DNA of 63,270 nucleotides, counting the filler, from Collodictyon triciliatum (taxonomy: Eukaryota): NCBI GenBank assembly GCA_043381765.1. It is 34 parts of 34 records of this genome, joined end to end, with 100 filler letters (N's around TTAATTAATTAA, not from the genome) between each part and the next. Parts side by side here need not be neighbours in the genome. Positions count along the whole stretch, not along the records: positions 39,351 to 41,032 come from JBHJMP010010442.1; positions 41,133 to 42,814 come from JBHJMP010010443.1; positions 42,915 to 44,595 come from JBHJMP010010444.1; positions 44,696 to 46,376 come from JBHJMP010010445.1; positions 46,477 to 48,156 come from JBHJMP010010446.1; positions 48,257 to 49,936 come from JBHJMP010010447.1; positions 50,037 to 54,374 come from JBHJMP010010448.1; 27 more parts are not named here. One strand, written 5' to 3'. The notes beneath the pieces are model-generated. The model worked only from the letters and a program-made list of their open reading frames with translations, made no database searches and was not told the origin of the DNA. Position numbers and translations under genes: made by a program. Below are positions 40,260 through 53,035 of this stretch, in pieces; within the stretch, counting starts at the first letter, position 1; the number at the start of each line of letters is the position of its first letter.

Positions 40260-41032
40260 AAGCTGCCAAGCTTCCCCGCAATCGACGAAATACGTCAACT
40301 TAGACACAGCAAAAGCTTCGCAAGCAGCAGCCAGTTCTTCTGGTTCCAACACTGGCGCGGAAAAACCCCGAGTTGCATGTAAGTCCAGGAAGACTCGTGC
40401 AAGGAAGCCGCCTGCAAGTCTGTCTGATCGGACAGTATTTTTGCACGGGGTCGAGCAAGTCGCCTACAACAAGAACAAGGCCCGCAGGCTAACAGATGTG
40501 CTCGCCTCCTTCTTGAAAGCGAACAAACTTTGGGAAGAGTCCATCCAATTGCGCTTACCGGACAGCGAAGACTTTAGCCTGATTGCCTTCCGCACTGCAG
40601 AAACCGCCGAAAGCTCATAGAGCTGAAACAGGTAAGTTTGATCGATATTGCGAGCAGCTTCAGCAGAAGTAAACCAACAAAGACCTCGGTGATGCTCTAC
40701 CAAATACCGCTGGACGTGTGGCCGCAACTCCTTCGCTAGGAGCTGAAGCCGTTCAGACCGACCCACGTGGAGATCAAAAATGACAAAGGCTCCTTCACAG
40801 ACACGGCCGTAGTGAAGCTTCTTTGTCACAAGAACCAGCTCCCTGCAAAGTTTACGGTCATCGGTGAAAAGTATCCAAAGCGCATCCTCAAAGAGCGTCC
40901 GCCAGCTGCAAATAACGAACGACAAGTAAAAGCCCCGCAAAAGAATACACCCGCCAAGCAGACAAGCAGCAACGGGGTCAAGGAAGCCAAGGCCAGGCAA
41001 CAACTGAGCCCGCAAGACTCACAGCAGATACG
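40260..41032 (+). pseudogene. L1/Tx1-type ORF1 (RRM-like) relic
   Basis: DRTVFLHGV...FSLIAFRTAETAE, then after a frameshift TSVMLYQIPLDVWPQLLR*ELKPF...KGSFTDTAVVKL...LPAKFTVIGEKY. This follows the Tx1/L1 ORF1 RRM pattern; intronless. Confidence 0.55.
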
Positions 41033-41132
41033 NNNNNNNNNNNNNNNNNNNNNNNNNNNNNNNNNNNNNNNNNNNNTTAATTAATTAANNNNNNNNNNNN
41101 NNNNNNNNNNNNNNNNNNNNNNNNNNNNNNNN

Positions 41133-42814
41133 GTGTTTGAAGTCAAGCCATACAAGACACCCCAGCAGCTTGTCTCGATGATGGTTGATGATTTGATGGA
41201 AGCAATCGACAAGGATTTTCCCGACCAAGAGGTTTGTTTTCAAAGAAATTTTAAGTATTATCAATATTAGTTAACTTTAAGTATTTTTAGTTCTCCAATT
41301 ATAATATCAAAACCTTGCAGCATAAAAATCCTGAGGACATGGCGCATGAGCAGTTTATGCGACATCGACTGATTGGATTGGAAGGAAGAGACACCATCTT
41401 GGCCATTTTGAAGGAGAGAGCGATACTGCAGCTCGATACTGACGGTTCTGATATTACCGTTGTTGGAGCAGAGTCTGGTATTGGCAAATCAACGATTATG
41501 AGCGGGCTGGTTCGTGACCTGAACGCGGGCAAAAAGTCGAATTTAGTAGTCATCTACCACTTTGTCGGATGCTCAAACCTGAGTAACTACGTTGAAAAGT
41601 AAGAATTATCGAATAATATAGTAAGGTTAAATATGTTAATTGGTCATATAAGTATTAATCACCATTTAAATAGTTTGGTGGAGCGTGTAGCTCGCATTCT
41701 TGTTGAAAATGAAGCAATCGAACTGAACCTTGACTCCGAAGAAGGTTCACACGTTAAATGATAATTAATTTTTATTTCTTTTTTATTTTTAATTCAATAA
41801 TCTAAACGAGCACTCATTATGTTCTATGCCTTGTTGTAGGGAAGGAAGCTTTGAAGAAGGGACTAGACTACATACTCAAGCTTGCATCAAGAAATGAGTC
41901 GATTTTAATAATCTATTTTAATTAAAATAATATAATATCTGACAAGCCATCAATACAGAAAAAAGCAGGTTGTCTTGGTCATCGATGCATTCAACCAGTT
42001 GGTCAATTCAGAGCAAAACAAACACGTCCACCGCCTTGAATGGCTTCCCAAAAAGACACCAAAGAACACTTCCATCGTCGCATCCACCATTGACACCCAC
42101 GAATCATGCAATGTTTGTTAATTATTTTGAGGATATAATACATTTGAATTAATCCAATCGCTTTTGAATAGGTTGCCAGGTCAGCAGGGCTGGATATCAT
42201 TCCTGTGTCGAAGCTTGATGATGTTGGAATCAGACAAGCAGCCACCTCGTTCTTCAAGCGCTACAACAAAACCTTGAACGAGAAACAGATGGAGATGATA
42301 TTGAGTAAACGTGACGACACTGGTGATTATAGCTAATAATTCGAATATTTTTATATTCTATTTTTAGGACACATATTTTTTAATTGTGATTATACGATAA
42401 AAGGGCATCCACTCTACCTGCGCATTGTGCTGGATGAGCTTCGTGTATTTGGAGTGTACGAAAGAGTAGACACCGAACTTCGTGAAATGCTGGAGACGAA
42501 GGGAGTTGTCAATTTGTTCGACCTTGTGATGAGTCGCTGGGAAAAGAAATACGGTTTTTTGATCCATCTGAAATAGTAGTTTAAAATATGATTTTATTGA
42601 TTTATGTGTTATTTTAGGAAAAGATATTGTCCGTCTGTCCATCAGTGTTCTTTATGTGTCGCGCATCGGTCTTGATGAAAACGAGCTGGACAAATACATG
42701 GAGCATCGACTTAACCAAATTCACATGCAAATCAACCATGCAACCTGGTATATCGATTCCTGTCATATTATTTATATTTATCACTTTTGATAAATCGTAT
42801 TTTTATTTTAGGAA
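41133..42814 (+). CDS. NACHT-like STAND NTPase (NPHP3/TTC41/TEP1-like), multi-exon fragment
   Basis: AIDKDFP, H.QF...R....GR, Walker A GAESGIGKST, VIYHFVG, Walker B VVLVIDAFNQL, LEWLP, YNKTLNEKQ, HPLYLRIVLDELRVFGVYE. Confidence 0.85.
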
Positions 42815-42914
42815 NNNNNNNNNNNNNNNNNNNNNNNNNNNNNNNNNNNNNNNNNNNNTTAATTAATTAANNNNNNNNNNNNNNNNNNNNNNNNNNNNNN
42901 NNNNNNNNNNNNNN

Positions 42915-43197
42915 TTTCCTCAATAACTTTCTTCGCCACCTGCACGTTCTCTACTACTCAGACCCTGTGATAAGAGACATGTGGAAAGAAGCTGAGAAAG
43001 ATATTAAATCTCGCCTTGTATCTCTCATGCAAGCACAAGACCCAGGCTACAGGCCAAAGCGCAGGATGCAATTGCTGATTACCGACTACTTCTCCGCCAC
43101 CCGGCCACCAAGTAGCGTACATGCAAACGATGGCTAGCGAACCAAAGCCAACATCTCCACCATCCTGAACAAAATTGAAAGGAAGAATAAAAAAAAA
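42915..43197 (+). mobile_element. LINE family B: ORF2 C-terminus (42916-43137), 3' UTR and poly(A)
   Basis: FLNNFLRHLHVLYYSDPVIRDMW...QLLITDYF aligns with family A FLNNLLKHARILRYSDRKRREMW...QLAITDFF; the UTR is different. Confidence 0.75.
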
Positions 43198-44695
43198 CAT
43201 TTGAATCGAAAAAAGAAAAAAGGCGCAATTCGATTCCAACCGAATAAAACCTAATGTAATACACTCAAAAAGTCTGTGGAGATTGAAGGTTTCCTATCGG
43301 GATATCCAAACTAGCTTTGAAAACTGATTTTTCTTTGTCGGCGGGACGGCATGCACATATATCAATATGGTACTTGCGAAGAAAGCAGGTGAATGACTGC
43401 TGGTTGTGACATATACATGCCAATAAAATTCAACTGCATCGTTTTTGAGTTCCAAAATATCAAAAAAAAGAAAAGAAGAAAGAAAAGAAGCAGAGGTGTC
43501 GACACGCTTTGGTTTCGAGTATAAACATTCTAAAGGTAGGCATTTGATACGAAAATCGACTTGTAGCCACTATATCATCCCATTCAATTTTTCAACAATC
43601 ATTAAACATATTTCGTGACATTCAATTCATNNNNNNNNNNNNNNNNNNNNNNNNNNNNNNNNNNNNNNNNNNNNNNNNNNNNNNNNNNNNNNNNNNNNNN
43701 NNNNNNNNNNNNNNNNNNNNNNNNNNNNNNNNNNNNNNNNNNNNNNNNNNNNNNNNNNNNNNNNNNNNNNNNNNNNNNNNNNNNNNNNNNNNNNNNNNNN
43801 NNNNNNNNNNNNNNNNNNNNNNNNNNNNNNNNNNNNNNNNNNNNNNNNNNNNNNNNNNNNNNNNNNNNNNNNNNNNNNNNNNNNNNNNNNNNNNNNNNNN
43901 NNNNNNNNNNNNNNNNNNNNNNNNNNNNNNNNNNNNNNNNNNNNNNNNNNNNNNNNNNNNNNNNNNNNNNNNNNNNNNNNNNNNNNNNNNNNNNNNNNNN
44001 NNNNNNNNNNNNNNNNNNNNNNNNNNNNNNNNNNNNNNNNNNNNNNNNTTTGTTGCTTACTGTGACAAACAAGTAGAGTTATTGAAGACCAATGAGAGCA
44101 TGAAAACATACATGCTCCTTTTTTACTTATAAATTGATGACTGCACATTATAGACCTGCCACTTAAGTCGTATAGTTAAAACTAATATATTACGATAAGT
44201 AGACAAATGTAGACCAAGATATTAAAAACTTGAACTTGAGTATCACTCAAACATCGATTTCAGCTGCTTATTATCCTCACATTTATTATATACACAAACA
44301 CTTTTGGGAGAAACAAGAAAACCCCTGAGATTTAGTTAAAATTGCATCTCCTACCAATTTTTGTCCTCTTTTCCTTCTTTTTTTTTTTTTAAAGTCAATC
44401 TTAAATTTAATTTATCAGTTAAGATACGAAAAGTCATGGCGATATTAAGAGGATTTTGATGCTTCTCCGTGAGACCATTCCCAGCAGAATCATACACATT
44501 CTTTTTTTTTTCATTTTCATTTTCATTTTCATTTTCATTTTCATTTTCATTTTCATTTTCATTTTCATTTTCATTTTCATTTTCATTTTCATTTTNNNNN
44601 NNNNNNNNNNNNNNNNNNNNNNNNNNNNNNNNNNNNNNNTTAATTAATTAANNNNNNNNNNNNNNNNNNNNNNNNNNNNNNNNNNNNNNNNNNNN

Positions 44696-45890
44696 GACCT
44701 TTAGTTTTTTCTTCGTGCCAACACGGCAAATTTGTGATTCCACTTGGTGCCCTCTTGATAGAGGCTACATTCCTCTGATTAATGACGAGGTATTCTAGGT
44801 CTGTGAGAGCCGTGATTTGGAGAGGAAGCTCGACAATCTGGGGATTTAGGTTTATAAATCTCCACAATAACTTTGAATCGGATAAAAGAAAAAAATAAAT
44901 CTCCACAATATAACGTAAGTATAAGTATAAGTATAAGTATATATGTATGGATGTGTATTTTTGAATATGATTTTACTTTAGCATACTTACAGGGTTTCGA
45001 CTGACATCAAGCGCCGTAAGAGCAACCAATAATGATATCTCGGGTGGGAGTGTTGATATATTGTTTTATGCAAAAACGATCGAGTTGATTCTTGTCAAAT
45101 AGGAAAGCTCTAAAGGTACAAATGATAGCTCATTATAGGACATATTAAGTGACTCCAGGTTTGTTAAACATGAGATTTCGGGTGGCAGAGCTGACAATAG
45201 ATTTCCGTGGATTATCAATGAGTTAAGATTTGTCAAGCAAGAAATATTTTTTGGTAAATCTTCCATCAAATTTCCACCAGCGTTGAGATATGTAAGACTT
45301 GTTATGCTGCATATAAATTCAGAGTTTGATGACACATGATTATCACCAAAGTTGAGATAATAAAGATTCACCAATTTAGTTAAACTGAGTGGCAGCGAAA
45401 ATAAGTAATTGTGATCGATGCAAAGCATATTCAAATTGGTCAAGTTTGATATACATTGCGAAACGGATGAAATATTATTTTCAGCAACAAGAAGAGTTTT
45501 CAGGCGAGTAAAATTGTAAATAAAATCAGGCAGCAGCATTAATGAATTTTCACAAAGATCTAGATACTCGAGATTTGTTAGGCACGACATATCTGCCGGC
45601 AGGTGTGAGAGCTGGTAATAGGAAATACTAAGTTGGGTACGATTTTTCAAAGTAATGACATCACGGTCTCTAGAAAAACAGAGTAAATCCTCGAGGGTCA
45701 TGTCGTGGTTTTTTCCGTCGTCATGAAACTCATATTCACCACCATAAGGCTCGTATTCATCTCTCAAAGAGTTTCGCTCGGTATCTAGTGGGATTTTTTC
45801 ATCACTTGAAGGGGGCTTTTCATGTTCTATAGAAGTGTCCACACCACTGAAGCAGCCGCTCCGCTCGAGATTAGAAGAATCACCAGACAT
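44696..45890 (-). CDS. LRR protein with an in-frame TAA at 45066-45068
   Basis: About nine typical LxxLxLxxNxL repeats. The LRR pattern continues past the stop (IVFA*NNISTLPPEISLLVALTALDVSRNP|IVELPLQITALTDLEYL). Confidence 0.85.
44854..44910 (+). mobile_element. 25-bp LINE-A tail insertion with 16-bp target-site duplication (intronic)
   Basis: ATAAATCTCCACAATA [ACTTTGAATCGGATAAAAGAAAAAA] ATAAATCTCCACAATA. Confidence 0.88.
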
Positions 45891-46220
45891 AGATAACTCA
45901 CCAGCAAGAGCTAATTTTCGTTGGGTTCTGTCACACAATTTCAATATAGTTCTTTGATAGTGTGTTAAAAAACACTGACAACTAACTGTTTTATTGGACA
46001 CATACATCTCTTATGATTTGACTAACAATAAAATACAACAAAATAATAGTAATATCATATTATTCTAACTATATAGAATAATATAATATCATAATAGCAA
46101 TATCAATATTAATTTTAATGATTTCAACCAAGATATCATCATCAATACGTTGATATTAATGATTAAATCAATAAAACCGATGAACCAATAAAACCATAAA
46201 ATCAATAAATCAATAAAAAA

Positions 46221-46253
<33 letters not shown>

Positions 46254-46499
46254 AACAAAAAAAAAAAAACAAAAAAAAAACAACAATAAAAAAACAACAA
46301 TAAAAAAACAACAATAAAAAAACAACAATAAAAAAACAACAATAAAAAAACAACAATAAAAAAACAACAATAAAAANNNNNNNNNNNNNNNNNNNNNNNN
46401 NNNNNNNNNNNNNNNNNNNNTTAATTAATTAANNNNNNNNNNNNNNNNNNNNNNNNNNNNNNNNNNNNNNNNNNNNTTTTTTGTGAAATTTGGTGAATA

Positions 46500-47973
46500 A
46501 GTCATGGCGGTCTCACTCCTGATGTTAATGTGGGGGCTGTTGTGGGGGCTGTTGTGGGGGCTGATGTGTTCAACTTGGATTTTTGATTAATTTTCCGACT
46601 AATCCTGTTTTTCTGTGTATTTGAATTAAGAAATGTATAAGTCCGATGGTAAATATGCCTAAAACTGAGTGGCAAGCACCATCTGAACACACCTTTTTGG
46701 AAGACTTGTGCTGCTCCCATAAATCAGAAAAGTTTGAGCTTATTATGGTGATTGTGAAGCCTGGTCCCTGATTTCGAACAATTATTTTGAAAAGTAATAC
46801 ACAATCAATTATTGAAACCCCCGTATATTTGTAAAGCAAAATAAGATACAGTGCGGTATTGATAGAGAATATTTATCAATATTAATATATATCCGACATC
46901 AGGTGTATACGAAAATGTCAATACAATTGTCCCAACGAATATTGCGGCGGTCGTTATGATTCTCCCTGCGACACTTATTGGAAATAAGTCCCCTGTTATC
47001 AGTTTATCGGGTGTTAAGTATAACAACTTTTTTGTGTGTACTTTTCTGATTTATGCAAAAGTAATAAGATGCATGAACAAAGTTGATCATTTTCCCTATT
47101 TTATGAACTACTCTACGATAATTATTGATCTTACCATAACCAACTGTTGTCATCGTGATTGTTGTGAACCATATGGAATTCGATATTGATTGATAAGGGC
47201 TACATTTATTTACGGACACCGCGTTAATTTTCCTCGGTGTATGGAATGCATGACTTTTTTTTACCTAACATCGCCGTTTCGAATCCAAAGGTTAAGCTCA
47301 TACGACCACTCGCCTCTTTCAGCATAGTAGACAAATGTTGAAAACATTATGACGACATACAGTAGAACCACCATGAGTGAGAATAGGACATATCGACTGA
47401 TGTACAATGTGCGAAAAATGACCTAATATTCATATGAAGTATGGAACCATTAATTACTTATTTGTTGTTTGTATTTTACAGTAGCCTAATAGTATTATTT
47501 TTGATATATAACTGTTGTTCCACTGGCATATCGCCCGAGTCTGAAGACTCTGAATATTCTTGTTAATCTTACAGCCCTTACAACTTTAACCCCTGAGAAT
47601 CTCTTGATGGTAAAAAAAAAAAAAAAAAAGTTTTGTGGTAAGATGATATGGTGGTTGGTTTCAGGTATATTACATTTGCTGTAAAATATATCAGAATAAA
47701 AAGGCAGTATACTTCGGATAGCAAGAATCCCAAGTAAAACGGCAGAATGGAAAGAATATCGATGTACGTGAAAGGATCTGCCGGATGTATTAATATGATT
47801 TTTATTTCAGTAAATTATTGCTCAATCCAAAACCAAATGTGATGCAGAAAATATGAATATGACAAATTGATTAGTGTACCCTTCATGAAGCTTTTGATGT
47901 CCCCACAAGTTGCCATGCGCAATAAAAGGTCTAGGGTGAATACTACTGATATGAGAATTTCTATCGTTGACCT
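46500..47973 (-). CDS. Voltage-gated potassium channel (Kv-like), S2-S6 exons
   Basis: FTLDLLLR, YIDILSILPFY, S4 VRAVRLTRIFRVFRLGRY, FSTFVYYAERG, SPYQSI..SIWFTTITMTTVGYG|DLFPISVAGR. Confidence 0.95.
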
Positions 47974-48474
47974 AATGTTTCCGTTTCAACAAAAAAAAAT
48001 CATTTTTCTTTACTTTGTTCTTTACTTTTTTTCTTTACTTTTTTTTCTTTACTTTTTTTTCTTTACTTTTTTTTCTTTACTTTTTTTTCTTTACTTTTTT
48101 TTCTTTACTTTTTTTTCTTTACTTTTTTTTCTTTACTTTTTTTTCTTTACTTCTTTNNNNNNNNNNNNNNNNNNNNNNNNNNNNNNNNNNNNNNNNNNNN
48201 TTAATTAATTAANNNNNNNNNNNNNNNNNNNNNNNNNNNNNNNNNNNNNNNNNNNNGAAACAAAAAAACGAAACAAAAAAACGAAACAAAAAAACGAAAC
48301 AAAAAAACGAAACAAAAAAACGAAACAAAAAAACGAAACAAAAAAAACGAAACAAAAAAAACGAAACAAAAAAACGAAACAAAAAAACGAAACAAAAAAA
48401 CGAAACAAAAAACGAAAAAAATGAAAAGAAAAAAAAGGGGAAGTAAGAAAAAATGAACAAGTGCAAGAAGCATA

Positions 48475-49709
48475 ATGACTGAATTAGGCGAAGCCGCTAA
48501 CCCAGAGGCTCCCATCGGAATTCGAACACACTTTCCGGATATACGTTCGCCTCTGCAGCGTGTGGAAGGGAGAAGACACCAGAGTATTCAACTGACAAAG
48601 TACCTCATTTCATGAGCAATCCATCTTTGAAGTCATTTTTCAAAATGATACAGAGAGGATGGAGAGCAGTATTTTCATATGATATATCAATCTATTTGTT
48701 TAGCATTGTTTACATATCTTTTATTTTGGATATATTTTCATTATTTTCCCATCACTCGCCTTTTCACATTCTGTGCTCGTATTGAAATCGCTATATTCCT
48801 CACATACAAGTTTTTTCTTTTTGCCAAAGTGTGCATAGTTGAATGTTGCGATTCGGTGAGGACTTAGTTCATTCCTTTGGATTTAGAACTTTTCTTACAC
48901 AGATGCGGCCTTGATTGGGATTCTAAACGGCGCGGGTTTCCTCCGATTCGCCCACCTCAAGAGGACGAGAGGCCAATAATGAGGATATTCCAGGACTTGG
49001 CAGGTGACCTAGACTCCCCTTATCCCTTCCTATTTTGTCCCACTTCTACTTTTTCGACCATTATCGATAACATTCATCATCTTTTTAATTCCCACATAAC
49101 TTATGACATTTTTGGATGCAATATAACCGAAAAATACAACTGTCTGCCTAGGCTACGAATCACTTCAGTATTCTGATGGAATCATCCACCGACCGGAGAG
49201 GAGGCACATAAACAAGGAACAGGAGGACCACTTGCAAGGGTCTAGCGTGAACGATCCGACCTTTGAGAAGCTTCTTGGAAGAAAAAAACGAGGTAGGTTT
49301 ACAGTTTATTTCTATTGACACGACTGGGCTTGTTGTCGTCTTTCGTAGGTTGAATGTCATCAAATGAGCTCATTTTATTTTCTAAATGTTTTTTTTTGTC
49401 TATTCTTTGATTTACATATATTGTTCGTCACATATATACCCCTTTCAACCCAAGGAATATGATAACTTGTATACGTGCTTCGTTTTCAATGGGAATATTA
49501 CAATTTTTTTTTTGTACTTTGCTTTAATTTTTCTCTCTATTACATAATTAACGATGAAATCCGTTTGATTTTACTTTACCGCATAGTTTCAGAGGCAGAA
49601 GTAAGAAATGGATTACACGTGTCCACGAAGGGTGATAAGCCATATATTCAACCAGACGAATCGCCGAACTTTTTTCAGGAGAGCACTGTCTCGACTTTTG
49701 TTTGGAAGT
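48475..49709 (+). CDS. Multi-exon protein of unknown function (5' part)
   Basis: ATG at 48475 and GT-AG bounded exons such as YESLQYSDGIIHRPERRHI and SEAEVRNGLHVSTKGDKPY. Confidence 0.35.
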
Positions 49710-50036
49710 ATGCCTTGAAAGAAGGAGCCTTAACTTTCCAATTTTTACATTCTTCCGTTGATTTCCATCAAAAATATATGGAGATAATTCACAATAATGA
49801 TGACAATAATAATGATGACAATAATAATGATGACAATAATAATGATGACAATAATAATGATGACAATAATAATGATGACAATAATAATGATGACAATAAT
49901 AATGATGACAATAATAATGATGACAATAATAATGATNNNNNNNNNNNNNNNNNNNNNNNNNNNNNNNNNNNNNNNNNNNNTTAATTAATTAANNNNNNNN
50001 NNNNNNNNNNNNNNNNNNNNNNNNNNNNNNNNNNNN

Positions 50037-50131
<95 letters not shown>

Positions 50132-50152
50132 CGCGAATCGCCATATTATGTA

Positions 50153-50236
50153 TCTTTTTCTTTCTGTTCTATTCAAAGTGCAACAGGGTTATGCCATGCA
50201 TGGGTGAGAAGGCGCGCAAGCTAGAAAGCAAATAGT
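50153..50236 (-). mobile_element. Decayed LINE family A 3' UTR
   Basis: TTCAAAGTGCAACAGGGTTATGCCATGCA resembles TTCAAAGTGTAGCGAGGTTATGCCATACA. Confidence 0.55.
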
Positions 50237-51138
50237 CTAAAGAAAAAAAATATAAGGCGCTATATTAGTACTACCTGTTCGCACAGAAGAAAATAACAGA
50301 AGCGTCTTTTTGTTGCATTTGAAAATACAGTAACCAAATACCACTCAGTGATAAGTTTTCAAAAAGGTTGACAAGAGATGGTAGCGAGCTTTTGAAGAAA
50401 ATTATCATCTTGGCGCATAAACCTTTTTTCTAGCGCAACGACATTATTATATTATTTGCTTGTGTCATCAAGCACAAGTGAACATAAATAAAAAATGAAC
50501 AAGTCATTTCGAAGCGTTGATTGTAGGTATTTTGGCTTTTACGCTATGCTACCATCCCGATATGATTCCCAATATCTCTTTTTTATTGGTACATATTTAG
50601 CGTAACAATTTCTTATCGATTTTTCTTTGTTGCCGCCGAGACACGAGAATGGGTCTAAATGCGCCTCATAATTACAAAGATGCAAAATAAGGCTATTATT
50701 GATGGCGCTTGTACTGATGTGAAATACTATACAATATTGTTTTCGGTGACACCAAAACTAAAATTTATCACGAAGAGCAAATCTGAGAAAACAGTTAATG
50801 TGGTAGTAGTTTATGGAACTTCTTTCTGACCTATGTCATAGCAATAGGCATCCTTGCTCTGAGCATGTCAGCCTGTGAAGGCCAGTAGAATCCTCGTTTC
50901 TGCCATTCAAATCCATTTGCTGAGGGAAGACATGTTGAGTATTGCCGTTATTTCGATTTATAATAGAAAGTGGTGTCAGTTTGGGTATATTCCCCACATT
51001 CACGCTATTCGGCAGGCTAGTGTAATGCATTTCAGGTGCGTCCTAGAATCCAAAATTAAAATATTTAATGGTATAAAATATTAATTCTTTTGGTCTGCAT
51101 GGAATATAATCGGTAATTCCGATGAAATAATCAATATG

Positions 51139-51702
51139 CTAGCGATGGCTTACATTAATCATATTTGATGAATTCGCATGAAAGTACTTTGATTCGATCC
51201 CTTCCAATTCTTGGATGATACCAGAGCCTAATGGGGCTTTAGGAGACTCAATCTCATTTGAATGCAAGTGGTCGTTTATGAATTGAAATGCAAACGAGAG
51301 TTCTTGTTTAGAGATTGAGTGGGTCGCATGGACATCAGGCTGGTCAAGCTTGGATATTGTGCTTCCATCAAGCTTCAGAGCAATCACTTTCCCAAGCAAT
51401 CTTTTTGACAATTCGTCTTTCTTTTTCTCCAAATGAGTCACCAGCGCCATATGACTCAACTCCATCACTTTCTTCTTCGGAGCTTGGGAATTGCTACCAG
51501 TGCCTTCCTGCTTTGACAAATCAATAAAGGCTGAAATGTCATCTGGCGATATATGATACATCTCAACCATCGTCTTTTCAATCAGTTTGTCTTGAATTTG
51601 TTGGAAACTTTCCCAGCTTTGATTTGAAATTATATCGCTTAGTTTAAAAAAGCCATGCTCTCGAAGCCACTCCACAAATTCACCCTGGTACATATCAGCC
51701 AA
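51139..51702 (-). CDS. Eukaryote-type ORF/exon with two possible SAM-like helical domains
   Basis: 187-aa open frame. EFVEWLREHGF and LKLDGSTISKL weakly resemble SAM motifs. Confidence 0.35.
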   Translation of the reverse strand: MADMYQGEFVEWLREHGFFKLSDIISNQSWESFQQIQDKLIEKTMVEMYHISPDDISAFIDLSKQEGTGSNSQAPKKKVMELSHMALVTHLEKKKDELSKRLLGKVIALKLDGSTISKLDQPDVHATHSISKQELSFAFQFINDHLHSNEIESPKAPLGSGIIQELEGIESKYFHANSSNMINVSHR

Positions 51703-51726
51703 AGGAGTATATTTAANNNNNNNNNN

Positions 51727-51980
51727 CAGGAGTTTCGCACTTGAGGAAAAAATGTTAGATTAGAAAAAAAATATTTTCAGTAAGGAATGGCAAGATCGAA
51801 GTGCAGTAAGAATTTGTACAAATCATTTTTGCAAGCAAGTAGCGTGAGATATAGCGGCAAAGCGCTATCGGAAGTAAGTCCCGTCGCTCTGTCCCATGAT
51901 AGTGCAAGTCGTTGGTTAAATAGTCAGAATTTCCGTCCTGGCGAGATTTATAAAGAGGTATCGAAATATATTGATCAGGA
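51727..51980 (+). mobile_element. Truncated inverted copy of the IS701 left end (254 bp)
   Basis: Reverse-complement match to 52782-53035; starts exactly with the IR CAGGAGTTTCGCACTT. Confidence 0.92.
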
Positions 51981-53035
51981 CAGGAGTTTCGCACTTAGCA
52001 AAATTGCATATCGGCTAATAGCCATCTGATATTGCATTGGATAGCTGTTTTTATAACGTCCCAAGTTTGTTGATATAAAGTAATTTTTTCATTTATCCTC
52101 CTTTTGTTCATTTCAAGCCAAGCAAATACGGCAAGGCAAATATGGTTTCGTTGAGCCCGACCCGTGCGTGCCTGACAGCGTTCAATACCACAAGTTTGCT
52201 TTAATTCTCGATGATAAACTTCTATAGACCAACGTGCTTCAACAATTTTCTCTATTTGCTCACGTGTTGGATTTGACATGTTAGTTGTTATGTAATCAAC
52301 GCGGCCATTTTTTGCCACAAACTTAAATACCGTAACCCATCCGTATCCACGTAGGTGAATTCTTAGCCCCTCATCGGGAATCTCCAAACTTTCCAAGCTA
52401 ACATTACGATTAACCTTCCTATTCTTCCTTAGGTTGGTAACCCATATCCAACCTAAATCACGTATATGTTTCAAATTCTCTAAGCTGCTATACCAAGCAT
52501 CCATTACTACAGCCTCAGGATTGATACCCCTTTCCTTAGCCAAACTAAGCATATCACAAAAATGATCATTCTTTGTTTTTCCGTCGGTTTCTTTATCATA
52601 AACCCTATAATCTACAGGGATAGATTGGTCAGTCTTTCTATCATAATGCAGCAGGTTTACCATTCCTATACCGGGAATAACATCATGTTCGGCTCCAGAA
52701 TATTGATAATGCACAAGTTCGATCTTTTTGCTATATTGCTTTGATATCAAAGTATCATCACCTACTAACAGGCAAGGAGAATCCTGATCAATATATTTCG
52801 ATACCTCTTTATAAATCTCGCCAGGACGGAAATTCTGACTATTTAACCAACGACTTGCACTATCATGGGACAGAGCGACGGGACTTACTTCCGATAGCGC
52901 TTTGCCGCTATATCTCACGCTACTTGCTTGCAAAAATGATTTGTACAAATTCTTACTGCACTTCGATCTTGCCATTCCTTACTGAAAATATTTTTTTTCT
53001 AATCTAACATTTTTTCCTCAAGTGCGAAACTCCTG
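51981..53035 (-). mobile_element. Complete IS701-family insertion sequence, 1055 bp, 16-bp perfect terminal inverted repeats
   Basis: IRs CAGGAGTTTCGCACTT at 51981-51996 and 53020-53035. The left flank reads ATAG on the element strand, fitting the nTAG target preference of IS701. Confidence 0.93.
51995..52975 (-). CDS. tnp: IS701-family DDE transposase, 326 aa, intact
   Basis: LVGDDT, IPVDYRVYDK..DGKTKNDHF, VVMDAWYSS, RWSIEVYHRELKQTCGIERCQAR...AQRNHI; Shine-Dalgarno-like AAGGA before the ATG. Confidence 0.93.
   Translation of the reverse strand: MARSKCSKNLYKSFLQASSVRYSGKALSEVSPVALSHDSASRWLNSQNFRPGEIYKEVSKYIDQDSPCLLVGDDTLISKQYSKKIELVHYQYSGAEHDVIPGIGMVNLLHYDRKTDQSIPVDYRVYDKETDGKTKNDHFCDMLSLAKERGINPEAVVMDAWYSSLENLKHIRDLGWIWVTNLRKNRKVNRNVSLESLEIPDEGLRIHLRGYGWVTVFKFVAKNGRVDYITTNMSNPTREQIEKIVEARWSIEVYHRELKQTCGIERCQARTGRAQRNHICLAVFAWLEMNKRRINEKITLYQQTWDVIKTAIQCNIRWLLADMQFC

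Noticed and set aside
43198-43222. Possible fourth LINE-A micro-tail (TTTGAATCGAAAAAAGAAAAAA) right after the family B poly(A)
   Set aside because: Diverged and no clear target-site duplication, so it was not counted.
43631-44048. ORFs spanning the long N gap
   Set aside because: Scaffold gap with no sequence information.
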